A stretch of DNA of 64,000 nucleotides. It comes from Squalus acanthias. Lineage: Eukaryota. The position numbers and the translations under genes were made by a program. The DNA lies in assembly GCA_030390025.1 (NCBI GenBank), contig CM059432.1:32552001-32616000 (forward strand). Direction: 5' to 3'. Of this stretch, positions 53,554 to 64,000 are shown piece by piece. The notes under the pieces are model-generated. The model saw only the letters and a list, made by a program, of their open reading frames with translations, had not been told where the DNA came from and made no database searches. Position 1 is the first letter of the stretch, and the number at the start of each line of letters is the position of its first letter.

Positions 53554-55425
53554 GTTGTTAACCAGAGAAGGCTTAAAGATTAATCCAATAAAGGCACAGA
53601 TTGCACAAGATAAGGTAACCTTTTTGGGAGTAAATTTTAGCAAAGGAGGGAAGGGCTTTGAAATGAAGATAAAGACCGTGCAGGAGTTGCTCTTACCAAT
53701 GTCCGTTAAAGCGGTACGATAATTTTTGGAATTGGTAGTGTGTGGTCGGGATTTTACAGACAACTTGGCGACGTTAAGTGGGCCCCTGTATGGTTTATTG
53801 AAAAAGAATGTCGAGTGGGAATGGACATTAGTCGGTACAGAGACAGTTAAAACAGTTAAAGGAAGCTTTACAGAAAACACCCGTCCTAGTCCCAGCCCTT
53901 CTACATAGAAACAGCAGCCAGCGAGTACTCAATATCGGCTGTCCCAACACAAAAGACCCATGAGATATAGAGACCAGTCGCTTATGCGTCACGTGTTCTC
54001 ACCCCGCTAGACATCAATTACTCCGCGTTGAGAAACATCTATTAACAACCTTTTAGGCCATTAAGCACTTTACCTACAGTGGGATTGGCACCGCTACACT
54101 TGTTGACCAATCGTTGTTGAGTTATTGCTGGATGGAAGGTTAAAAGATGGTTCAGTGACGAATGTCCGATTGGCCTGGTGAACCATATTACTGCAGAAAA
54201 GTTATATCCAGGTATACCATAACCCTAATCCACTGAGTCTAGTGGGGAATTTGATGTACCAAGGTGAAAGACATCAGTGTAAGGTGGAAAATCAAGCCCA
54301 TCCAGAGGGACTGACTAAGTCAGGAGTGTAGCCTGACACATGAGATATATATGTAGACGGGTCAAGCAAAATGAAAGATGAAGAAAAACAGGATGCAGTG
54401 TATTCGATCCTGATGGATAAACAGAACTAGCACATATGTCTGCTCAAGCGGCCGAGTTGGTATGTAGCGTATGTGGTAATACATCCCAGAGTTTCCGATC
54501 CCTTATACAATACAGTTAGACTCCATGTATGTCAGAATTCCCTAACAGAATATCTCCCAATATGGGAAAAGAGGGGGTTTATCTCGGCAGACGGGAAAGC
54601 TTTACCCTCCACTCCAATTTTACGGGTAATTTTTAATAAGGCAAAGGAAATGCCCGGAGACAGAGCAGTCCATAAAGTCAGGGAAAACACCAAAAACAAA
54701 TCTCTGCGGGAGGGGAAACGGAAAGCCGATGAATGGGCCAAGAAAGAAGGTGAAGAGTGAATGGATTAGGCTCCGGTAGAATTGTTTCCCCCAATGGAAG
54801 CCAATCAACCCGTGACAGTACCTGACCCAATTGATCCGAAACAATTGCAACATGGAGATCCTGAAATAAAAGCAGTAATAGCGGCATTAGAAAGGAAAGA
54901 AAATCCACATGGAAAATATGCTAATAAACCAAAATTGGAGGTGAAAGATGGAATCTTATTGTACGACCAAAAATGGGTGGTACCTCAGAACCAGAGGAAT
55001 GCTTTTCTCTATGCAACTACCTCGGGACATCCTCCACTCCAATTTTACAGGTAATTTATAATAAGGCAGAGGAAGTGCCTGGAGACATAGCAGTCCATAA
55101 AGTAAGTTCTGCGGTACCACCCTTGGAAAGACTCCTGGCTTGGTGGGCAGGAATACGAGGCTAAGTGGAGCACTACTGCCACAACTGTCTAATGTGTGTG
55201 CAACATAATCCCGATGTAAATACCAAAAAAGCACTGTTGCGCCACACACGGCAGACAACAGGGCCATGGACCAATTTACAAATAGATTCTATTAGATCGT
55301 TTCCCCCATCCTCAAGAGGAAATATGTATGTATTGGTGATAGTGGACAGCTTCTCCAAGTGGGTGGAGACATTCCCAAACCCCAATGCAACGGCGTAATC
55401 CACAGTAAAGATACTGGTGAACCAT

Positions 55426-56126
55426 GGGCCGTAATTTGCGACCCCTAAGGGCGTGTATGGGGTTTGTAAACGCCCGTAAGGGCCGTGCAAGTTCCGGGTT
55501 TAGGCATGCACTGCGCATAAACCCGGAACTTGCGATCTGTCAAGAATTCTCTTGACAGATCATCTGCATCCCCGGGAAAAAGGCATCTGTGGGCGGAGAG
55601 TTGGGCTAAAGGCCTGCTTTTACCAGCGTAAGAGTTTTAAAAAACAGCAAAATTAAATTTTAGCAATAATTTATACATTTAAAACTTGTTAAATAAAGTA
55701 AATTTATTTTTAGCCCCTCTAAAACATGTACATTTATTTTTTAAACATTTTTTTGTTTTAAATATTTAATTAAATGCCATTTTAATTAATTTTAAATATG
55801 TGATGGTTTTAAAAAAATATTTATTTGATGTCTAGGTGTATTTTTGGGGGTATTCCCATTCATACTTATGGGGTTTCTGTACATACGGAATCCCGATTAG
55901 AATGAATGGGGATTCTCTTCTGTCATTCGTTAGTCTGGCCCACGTGATCCCAGGGACGCTCGCGAACCGCCTGCACCCCGGGATACGTGGGCATCTTCCT
56001 GCGGGTACCCGGAGAGCCCCAGGACCGCGAGTCTCTGTATCTCCCAGACCATCAGGTAGGCGTGGATTTTATTTGCGGATCGCAGGCATTTCCCCGCGGG
56101 AAGCCTCCAACCGCAAATTCAGGGCC
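55426..56126. mobile_element. Harbinger-like MITE inserted in the integrase core
   Basis: TIRs gggccgtaatttgcg / cgcaaattcagggcc; 3-bp TSD cat/tat; AT-rich centre; removal restores KILVNH-VFTRWGLP. Confidence 0.8.
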
Positions 56127-56688
56127 TATGTATTTACCAGATGGGGTCTCCCAAAATCCACTGACTCGGTTCAGGGAAGCCATTTCACTGGAAAGATTAT
56201 GCAAACCGCAATGCAGCTGCTAGGAATCAAAGCGCGATTCCATATTTCACACAATCCTACATCATCAGGTATAGTTGACAGGATAAACCTCACATTGAAA
56301 ACAATGCTAAAGAAACTGATTGGACAATCCTGTTGGACATGGGATCAATTGCTAGCCTTGTCATTAATGGCCATGAGGTCTAGTGAGTCACATTCCACTA
56401 AGATCTCGCCTCATGAATTAATGACCGGGAGGGTTATGAGAACATCTGAACATTTAATGTACCAGGATATGTCTGAACCCCAATACCAGGCCCTGAACCA
56501 GGAATGGTATGTTAACCAGTTACATGACCAATTACAACAAATAATGATCTTTGTCGCCGCCAATATTGGTCAGTCTAAAAGGGCCAATAAAATGTATTTT
56601 GATACAACGGTTAAGGTAATAGAAAGGGATGTGGGGCAGACAGTCATGGTAAAAATATATCAATAGACTAATTTTGCTGGACCATATC

Positions 56689-56812
56689 CAATGTTCTCCC
56701 TAATTTTTTTGGGTGCACGGTCCCTTTAGCGCGCTGCACGGCCCATTCAAAGTTTTGCACATGCACGAAACTTCACATTCGAAAAGCCAGCCCGGGCTGC
56801 GCGGACTAGCAG
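56689..56812. mobile_element. Short hAT-like insertion in the integrase C-terminus
   Basis: 8-bp duplication accatatc/accgtatc; starts caatgttctccctaa; removal restores GPYPVAVKASPSVYKV. Right TIR not evident. Confidence 0.55.
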
Positions 56813-57480
56813 ACCGTATCCCGTTGCTGTTAAGGCTAGTCCATCTGTTTATAAGGTCGCCCTCCGGAAGGGGAAGGAAAAGTAGCTCCATATAACCCAG
56901 CTGAAGGAATATAAGGGAGGCATCATAGGTATGGTGGACATGATGGATGACACCCCCAGAATCGGACCCATCATGTGGGACAATGAAGGGATGGTGTTGC
57001 CTCCAGCTCGGGTACACCATGGTAGGGGGACAAAAGCTATGGATTTGAGACCACGACCAAACCCCACACTTCAGATTTTCAACAGTCTCAGATGGGCTAG
57101 AAAAAGGCGTAGACCTAGATAAGATATTAACCAAGAACAGCCACTACCTGATGTGTTTTTCCTTTTGCAGTATTCGGCTGATCTGCAGGAACAAAATGAA
57201 GATATTGTGGTGGTGGATTGTATGCGTTATTCTTATCATGTGTAATGTAGTGGGAATGATTGGAAATGTGTCTTGACTGTCTATACATCTACTTTCCTTA
57301 ATGGGATAACATGGGAAATACCCTTAGGAAATAAGGAAACAATTCTGTTAAAATACAGGAGCAAGAGAGTGTGCATTTAACCTGTTAATGCAGGGAGAGT
57401 GGACTGACTACGAAATTGGGATAGTATCGAAAACCATTATAGACTTGCCTCCAAACACAAAATAATTTATTTCCTGTGGG

Positions 57481-58610
57481 ACATAGTCATAATGGCACAG
57501 GTGGCCGCCATTCAGCCCATCGAGTCCGTGCCAGCTCTCTGTAGAGCAATCCAGTCAGTCCCATTCCCCCGCAAGTTTATTTCCCTCAAGTGCCTATCCA
57601 GTCTCCCCTTGAAAACATTGAGTGTCTCCGCTTCCACCGGCAGCGAGTTCCAGGTCCTCACCACTCGCTGCGTAAAAACGTTTTTCCTCACGTTCCCCCT
57701 GTATCTCTTGCCCAAAACCTTAAATCTGTGTCCCCTAGTCCTTGTACCATCAACTAGTGGGAACAGCCTTTCCCCGTCTAGCCTATCCAAACCCGTCATA
57801 ATCTTGTACACCTCTATCAAATCACCCTGCAACCTCCTTTGCTCTAATGAAAACAAATCCAGCTTCTCCAACCTGTCCTTGTAGCTAAGATCCCCCAACC
57901 CCAGAACCATTCTGGTAAATCTCCTCTGCACCCTCTCAAGTGCCTTCACATCCTTCCTAAATAGTGGTGACCAGAACTGGACACAATACTCGAGTTGTGG
58001 CCTGACCAGCACTTTATAAAGGTTCAGCATAACTTCTCACTTTTGTACTCAATACCTCTATTTATGAAGCCCAAGATCCCATATGCTTTGCTAACCACTC
58101 TCTCAATATGTCCCGCTACCTTCAGGGACTTAAGCACATTAACTCCCAGGTCCCTCTGTCCCTGCACACTCTTTAAAACTGTGCCATTAAGTGTATATTG
58201 CCTCTCCCTGTTCCTTCTGCCAAAATGCATCCCCTCATACGTCTCTGTATTAAATTCCATCTGCCACTTGTCTGCTCATTCTGCTAGCCTTTCTATGTCC
58301 TGTTGCAGTCGATTGGTATCATCATCACTGTTTGCCACACCCCCAAGTTTGGTGTCATCGGCAAATTTAGAAATTCTACTCTGTATTCCAATATCCAGGT
58401 CATTTATATATATCAAAAAAAGCAGTGACCCCAGCACTGACCCTTGGGGAACACCACTGTCTACCATCCTCCAGTCTGAAAAACAGCCATTTACCACAAC
58501 TCGCTGTTTTCTGTCCTTAAGCCAATTCCTTATCCAAGCTGCCACTGACCCACCTATTCCATGAGCCTCAATTTTGTTAACCAGCCTTCTATGTGGTACT
58601 TTGTCAAACG
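57481..58610 (-). mobile_element. 5'-truncated CR1 LINE inserted in env
   Basis: [27 protein letters not shown] and RPQLEYCVQFW; same subfamily as 45771-47958. Confidence 0.9.
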
Positions 58611-59298
58611 GGGGAAACCACATAGAGTAGACGAACCCCAGAAAGGAGAGTTTGTTCTCCCTGTCAGATATGGTAGACGGAATGAAAACTCTTGGGAAAA
58701 AGATTAGTGATATTATCATGGAACATAATAGAGAAATCACCTCTTACAAGGTGTTAAAGGCCATCACGTGCCATGTAAGGGGGATTTATGTTAAATCAAA
58801 TACAAAAAGGGTTAAATGACATTGAAAATAACCAGGATACCTAATTTTGTCACTAAAGAGAACATCGACAAATGGTATCAGGGCACAGAGAGGCTAGGGT
58901 CAATTAATGTAAGGTTAGAAGATATGGAGCTGTTTACTAAGTTAAGCAAGAGTGTGGAAATAGGGATACAGGATGGGGATTAATACCTGTCATGCTATGG
59001 TTGCCACACATTAGATAGCAGCAAAAAAGTTTTTAAGGTTGAGTCCATTGGTACCCTCGAAGTGAAGGCACATAAACAATATCCCCGTACCATAGTAAAA
59101 CATCAGGAAACATGGAGGGCCCCTGATCTAACTTCTTGTATTAAACAAGCAGAATCTTGGATAGGTAGATGTGATGGTACTAACCCAGGAGTATTGGCCT
59201 GTGGGTTTAATCTGGATGACCCCTCCCTGTCCTGTACAATACAACTCCAGCGGTGGAATGACCACCAGGTGTAGAGCACCTACTTAGAAAAGGGAAAG

Positions 59299-59935
59299 AG
59301 TGACCGATTTGCGGAACACCTCCGTTCAGTCCGTAAGGGTGACCTCGAGCTTCCGGTCGCCTGTCACGTTAATTCTCCGCTCCACTCCCACTCTGACCTC
59401 TCCGTCCTCGGCCTCTTACACTTTTCCAATGAAGCTCAACGTAAGCTCGAGGAACAGCACCTCATCTTTCGATTAGGCACTTTACAGCCTTCTGGACTCA
59501 ACATCGAGTTCAACAATTTCAGACCATAACCTCGGCCCCTATGTTTTTTTCATTTTTTTTCTCTCTCTCACATGGCAGCTGTCGATCATTCTGCCATTGC
59601 CACTTACACTTCATCTAGAGCCATCTTTTGTTTCTTAACTTGTCCCATTACCATCTCCTTTTGCTTTGCACCATCATCCCTTTTGTCTCATCTCTCCTGC
59701 CTTCCATCCGATCACAGACCTTCCCTTTTGTTCTTTCCTCCCCTCCCCCCTTTCACTGCCCCTACCACTTGCTTAAAAACTTGTTCCATCTCCAACTTTT
59801 TCTAGTTCTGACGAAGGGTCATCGACCTGAAACGTTAACCCTGTTTCTCTCTCCACAGATGCTGCCTGACCTGCTGGGCATTTCCAGCATTTTCTGTTAT
59901 TTCAGATTTCTAGCATCCGCAGTATTTTGCTTTTG
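59299..59935 (+). mobile_element. Penelope-like element 3' fragment (GIY-YIG C-terminus and 3' UTR) inserted in env
   Basis: DRFAEHLRSV...LPVACH..RKLEEQHLIFRLGTLQPSGLNIEF; 14-bp TSD tagaaaagggaaag (59285-59298, 59936-59949); removal restores STYLEKGKYCLSSTSE. Confidence 0.88.
59805..59839 (+). ncRNA. Minimal type I hammerhead ribozyme motif
   Basis: GUU CUGACGA A GGGUC-AUC-GACCU GAAA CGUU AAC; conserved core, stem II, palindromic AACGUU. Confidence 0.7.
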
Positions 59936-60548
59936 TAGAAAAGGGAAAGTATTGTTTGAGCTCCACCAGTGAGACGTATCAACATGGCAAGAGCCAATGT
60001 CTGGTTATGTATCCTACCTTTTGCTTCACCGCGACAGAGGTGACACAGGTAGGAAACCAAGTTGTGCTCCCTGTTGCTGCCCATAATGTAACACTTAAAC
60101 AGATCAACATGACCATACTCCAGGCTGAGGCCCTGCAAGCGGTTGTTCTGTTTGACATCCCACACCCCTTTATCTTTAACCTACAAGCTGTGATGACCAG
60201 AATCAGTACCTCACAGAAACACCTTGATACAATGTTACAACAAAACCGCCAAATTGAAAAAGGGATCCAAACCGGGTGATCAGGAGTGGTGGGAGGTAGT
60301 GTATAACACAGGGCAACATCCTTGGGTTATAATGATATCTATGTTAATTGTAATTGTGCAAATTATACTGGTGGTTGTTTTGATTATTATGATATGTTGT
60401 ATTAAGCAAACTTTAAAAAAGCATGTTAAGGAGTTGTGTATTTTTGAAATTCTCCAGGAAAACGCGAAGCTTGAACGCTAAGTGTTAACTTTAGAGTAAC
60501 ATATGTCTTGGCAAAAGTGAATCAGTCAGAAGCTCCGAAGACTCACTT

Positions 60549-60558
60549 GAGGAGGAAC
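60549..60558 (+). promoter_or_regulatory. Polypurine tract
   Basis: gaggaggaac immediately before the TG of the 3' LTR. Confidence 0.7.
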
Positions 60559-60928
60559 TGATGGATAATATATCAACATTTCTTGGAAACCATGTGACTC
60601 AGACTGCAGACATTGTGACCCCAAATAAACATGTTATTTGGGACCACAGGAGACAATGATGTCTCAGACCTAGATGGACATGTTGCCATTGTTACAAAAA
60701 GACCAGCAAAAGAACTTTGCAACCAGACCTGTTGCAAAGAGTTTGCAACCAGACATGTCGATCAATTGATGCCTGACTGCATCAGAAAGATATAACAAGA
60801 TCCTTATCTGGACTCTCAGGACAGTAGTCTGTGGGGAAGGCAGACCCATCTCGGAGGACGTCCAAGAAAGGGCTCAAGCGCCGCAGAACTGATCACTCCA
60901 CTGCCTTGACACGGAACTCTCAAAGGAA
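60559..60928 (+). repeat. 3' LTR, truncated at its 3' end
   Basis: Aligns to the 5' LTR up to ...aactctcaaaggaa, then similarity stops abruptly. Confidence 0.88.
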
Positions 60929-61414
60929 GTATGAAATGTTTGGGATTTTCTGGCATACACTCCAAAAACTGATATATTAACTCGGATAAGGAGTGTCCAA
61001 AAGTGGCAGCAGATGGGAGGGCCGGCGGAGAGCACAATCTTTTCAAAGAAAGTTCAAGCATGATAACCTTCGTATAGAAACCTGCTTACAAAAAAGAACG
61101 GAGTTATTTAAATGTAGAAGTAAATAAAAAACATGCAGTAATGAAAAGATTGAAATTGGATTCCAAGTCTTCATATCAAGTATATCCAGCCAGCTTGCCC
61201 CTGTCTGTTTAAAACCTTTTTAAGTGGTGAGGGATTCAAACCAGGATCTGCTGGTTCAAAACCCAACACCTAACCACTGGACCACACAAGACCTCATAAC
61301 TATGCTTTCTTCAGTCTTCTTACAACCTACGGCTTTCAAGAAACAAGTTTTGTGTCAATGTCTTGACTTCTCATCTCATTTCTGCTACTCTTTTCAATTG
61401 TGCTGTTCTACTTA

Positions 61415-61950
61415 GAATTATAGAATCTTACAGCGCAGAAGGGGCCATTCGGCCCATTGCACTTGTGCCGGCTCTTTGAAAGAGCTGTCTAATTTAGTCC
61501 CACACCCCAGCTTTTTCCTCATAACCCTGCAAATTATTTCTCCTCAAATACATGTCCAATTGCTTTTTGGAAGTTCCTATGGAATCTGATTCCACCACCC
61601 TTATGGTAGTGCGTTCCAGATCATAACAACCCTCTGTATGGAAAAAAAATCTGTTCATTTCCCCTCTAGTCCTTTTGCCAATTATTTGAAATTTATGACC
61701 TCTGGTTACCAGCCCACTTGCCAAAGGAAACAGTTTCTCCCTACTTGCTCTATCAAAACCCCTCATAATGTTATACCTCTATTAGGTTTCCTCTTAACAT
61801 TCTCTGCTCTAAGGAGAACAATCCCACCTTCTCCAATCTCTCCATATAATTGAAGTCCCTCATTCTTGGTTTCATCCTGGTAAACCTCCTCTGGACCCTC
61901 TCCAAGGCCTTGACATCCTTGCTAAAGTGTGGTGCCCAGAATTGTACACA
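61415..61950 (-). mobile_element. CR1 LINE 3' fragment
   Basis: MRGFDRASREKLFPL...TRGHKFQI; CR1-type tail at the left end. Confidence 0.8.
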
Positions 61951-62551
61951 ATCATCTTCAATCTAAGAGAGGGGGAGTGGGACTAATTGTTTAGCTCTTT
62001 CAAAGAGCCGGCCAGGCACAATGGGCCGAATGGCCTCCTTCTCTGCTGTAAGATTCTACGATTCACCCTCCAGACCTTATGCTCTTAACTCAGGTCTATT
62101 CGTGCTTGTCCAAAACTGGCTGCACGAGAACAGTACAGGGAGTCTTTTCTTCTAACATTCCCTTTTGTGGCCTGCACTTGATGTTAGGCAGTGTGGCGGA
62201 GATTAACTTATCATATTGCGGATCACTCTCATCGGTTAAGAAGATTGCACTCTTCACTCAGGTCCCAGATGCCCCGTTGCCCTCGTCACGCCGTTGTCAG
62301 CTTGCACTTTCAGCAAGTTATGGCAAAAAAAAGGTCTGATCTGAAGGGTGCAGGACAAAGTCTAACTAATGACTTACGCCGTGAGATGCCCCATTCTAGC
62401 AAGATCCTTCTCACTCCTCCTCCCACCCATGCCTCAACATTTTAGGGCTCCGACATTCTGTGTTTCTGAATAAAAACTGTAACTTTTCATATTACTGGAA
62501 ATTGTGGGTAAAATTAATGCATAAACCAGCCACTCAACGTAACAGTGACAT

Positions 62552-62698
62552 GGGCTGAATCTTGCTGTAAACCAACCAGCAGGTTCTGGAGATTTGCAAC
62601 TCACGCCTTATCTCTTAATCCCCTGACCTTGCTGGCCGATCTGCATATTATGGCGTGCGTCATTAACTCGCTGTTATTTTTCCAGCAAGATCTGGCCC
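62552..62698. mobile_element. Small Harbinger-like MITE
   Basis: Inverted ends gggctgaatcttgctg / cagcaagatctggccc. Confidence 0.55.
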
Positions 62699-63629
62699 AG
62701 TATCATCCCACATGTCATTTAGTCCAATGTTGGAAGGCCCTGACCAACAGCTGTACAGTAAACCTTACAGATCAGAAAGGTCCAGATTGCATTCTTGGTC
62801 TTGGGTGAATTAGCTGATCTGAAGCTGGCAGTGGTTAGGGCACTATACTTGGCCCCAGTGCCCCTGTGCAAAGGAGAGGGGGGGAAAAAATATCTTTCTT
62901 CCTGCTCCTGGTCACTGCCCACCCGCAATGGAAAGTGAGAACAGGAAAGGGCTTGTACAACATCCTCCACAAAACAAAACCAGACACCTAAGTGAGGTAG
63001 AGGAGGGCAGCAAAATCATACCCCAGTAACAGTCAGTGGGAAGGGAGAAAACTGGAGGAGAGCACAAAACAAAAGGCAAAATAAAAGTGAACCATTTAGC
63101 ATATTTTAGTATAAAAACCAAAATAAAACAATATTTGCATTTTTTTTATTAAAAACTTATTCCAAAAATGATAGATTAAGAAATGTTCTTTGGTTCTGTA
63201 CATTTCTCTAATTTTGTTTTTCTAATACTCTCTAACACTTTAAAAATATTACAAAAAAGTATGCAGATATTTTATCTATGTTCAAAAGAGCTATCCAGAT
63301 GGAAACCTGAAAAAAAACCTTTTCAGTGATCAAAGGGAGACCAGGGCTTGTTTAGAGACTTCTCAGATATAAGTTTTCAAATACTGGCAGTGTTTACAGT
63401 ATCCAGCCAGAACTTAATCACAATAAACAAATACATATTTACTTTAAAAAAAAACCTCTACACACAATTCTTTGTTTTTAAATATTAAACAATCTCTTGG
63501 TTTTGAATAAAAAGAGTCTGTATTTAGAAAGAGTATATGTTTAACGCAGCAGTGTTTTGGGGTCACAGATTTAACTTCCCAACTCAGCTCTGAATTCCTG
63601 GCCTCACTGGCATTGCTGTGGTGAGGTGC

Positions 63630-63955
63630 AAGGCAGAGGCTAGAGGGACAAAGGTAGAAAGAGGGGGAAAGATGGAGAGAGAGATAAAGATAGAAGAGAG
63701 AGAAACAGAGAGATATATAAAGAGAGGGAGGAGAAATGGGAGAGTGTTTATTATATATGAGAGAGAGGGAGAGGGAAAGGCACACACAGGAGAGGAAATG
63801 GGGGAGAGATTGCAAGAATAAATGCAACTCCAGAAGGAGAAAGAGAAATACAGAATGAAATATTAAGAAACAGCAGGGTACAGGGAGAAGAGATGGAGAA
63901 TAAGGAGAAACACAACAAGAAAAAATAGGAAGAGAGTCAGAGAGATAAGAAAATT
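63630..63955. repeat. GA-rich low-complexity tract
   Basis: Degenerate (GA)n/purine run. Confidence 0.7.
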
Positions 63956-64000
63956 GCACAGTAAGATGCCCCAGCGGCCAGCTAGGAGCAGGTCTCCTCC

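Larger units (their letters stand above)
52750..56915 (+). pseudogene. pol: pol remnant: RT, tether RNase H, RNase H, integrase
   Basis: NSPI*PVRKSDGS*RLSIDY, NGFWSIPL, YTWICLPQGFHNS, HVDNLLL (from YVDD); RPVAYASR (tether); IYVDGSS, SAQAAEL, WEKRGF, KADEWAK (RH); CxxC, LQID, VIVDSFSKWVE, DSVQGSHF, GPYPV (IN). Confidence 0.92.
57196..60481 (+). pseudogene. env: env remnant (signal peptide, Cys-rich ectodomain, heptad, TM anchor), interrupted by CR1 and Penelope insertions
   Basis: Splice acceptor ttttccttttgcag ending at 57170; MKILWWWIVCVILIMCNVVG at 57196; C-terminal hydrophobic WVIMISMLIVIVQIILVVVLIIMICCI; stop at 60481, ahead of the PPT. Confidence 0.8.
51079..60928 (+). mobile_element. 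Endogenous retrovirus (provisionally lokiretrovirus-like), degraded
   Basis: LTR-PBS-gag-pol-env-PPT-LTR order is directly visible; see the sub-features. Confidence 0.9.

Noticed and set aside
55836..56666. 276-aa ORF as a novel integrase fusion protein
   Set aside because: The N-terminal part is chance open frame inside the MITE; only the part from 56127 is integrase.
57995..58564. 189-aa plus-strand ORF and similar antisense ORFs over LINEs
   Set aside because: Shadow frames opposite CR1 ORF2.
63444..63959. 171-aa hydrophobic ORF
   Set aside because: Artefact of the GA/TC low-complexity tract.
35300..64000. SCAP or ELP6 exons expected from mammalian synteny
   Set aside because: No segment translated to a sequence I recognise from these proteins.

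Overview
Eukaryotic (vertebrate) genomic DNA, very probably a cartilaginous fish, inferred from HE1-like V-SINEs, SacSINE1-like DeuSINEs and shark-type CR1 LINEs. The first half holds the 3' 11 coding exons of PTPN23 (HD-PTP) on the + strand (1861-32455). All introns are GT-AG with consistent phases, and a probable 3' UTR runs to an AATAAA at 35203. One intron contains a three-level nest: an old CR1, split by a younger CR1 with a 9-bp TSD, split in turn by a V-SINE; removing the SINE restores an uninterrupted 983-aa ORF2. The second half is repeat-rich. Its main feature is a degraded ~9.85-kb endogenous retrovirus (51079-60928) with two LTRs, a tRNA-Lys-like PBS, gag, pol (RT, two RNase H-like domains, integrase) and a spliced, signal-peptide-bearing env that does not look gamma-type. 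These features suggest a lokiretrovirus-like lineage, which is an inference needing phylogeny. The provirus carries five later insertions, two of them Penelope-derived pieces with minimal hammerhead ribozymes. Family assignments come from motif recognition only; no database search was run.
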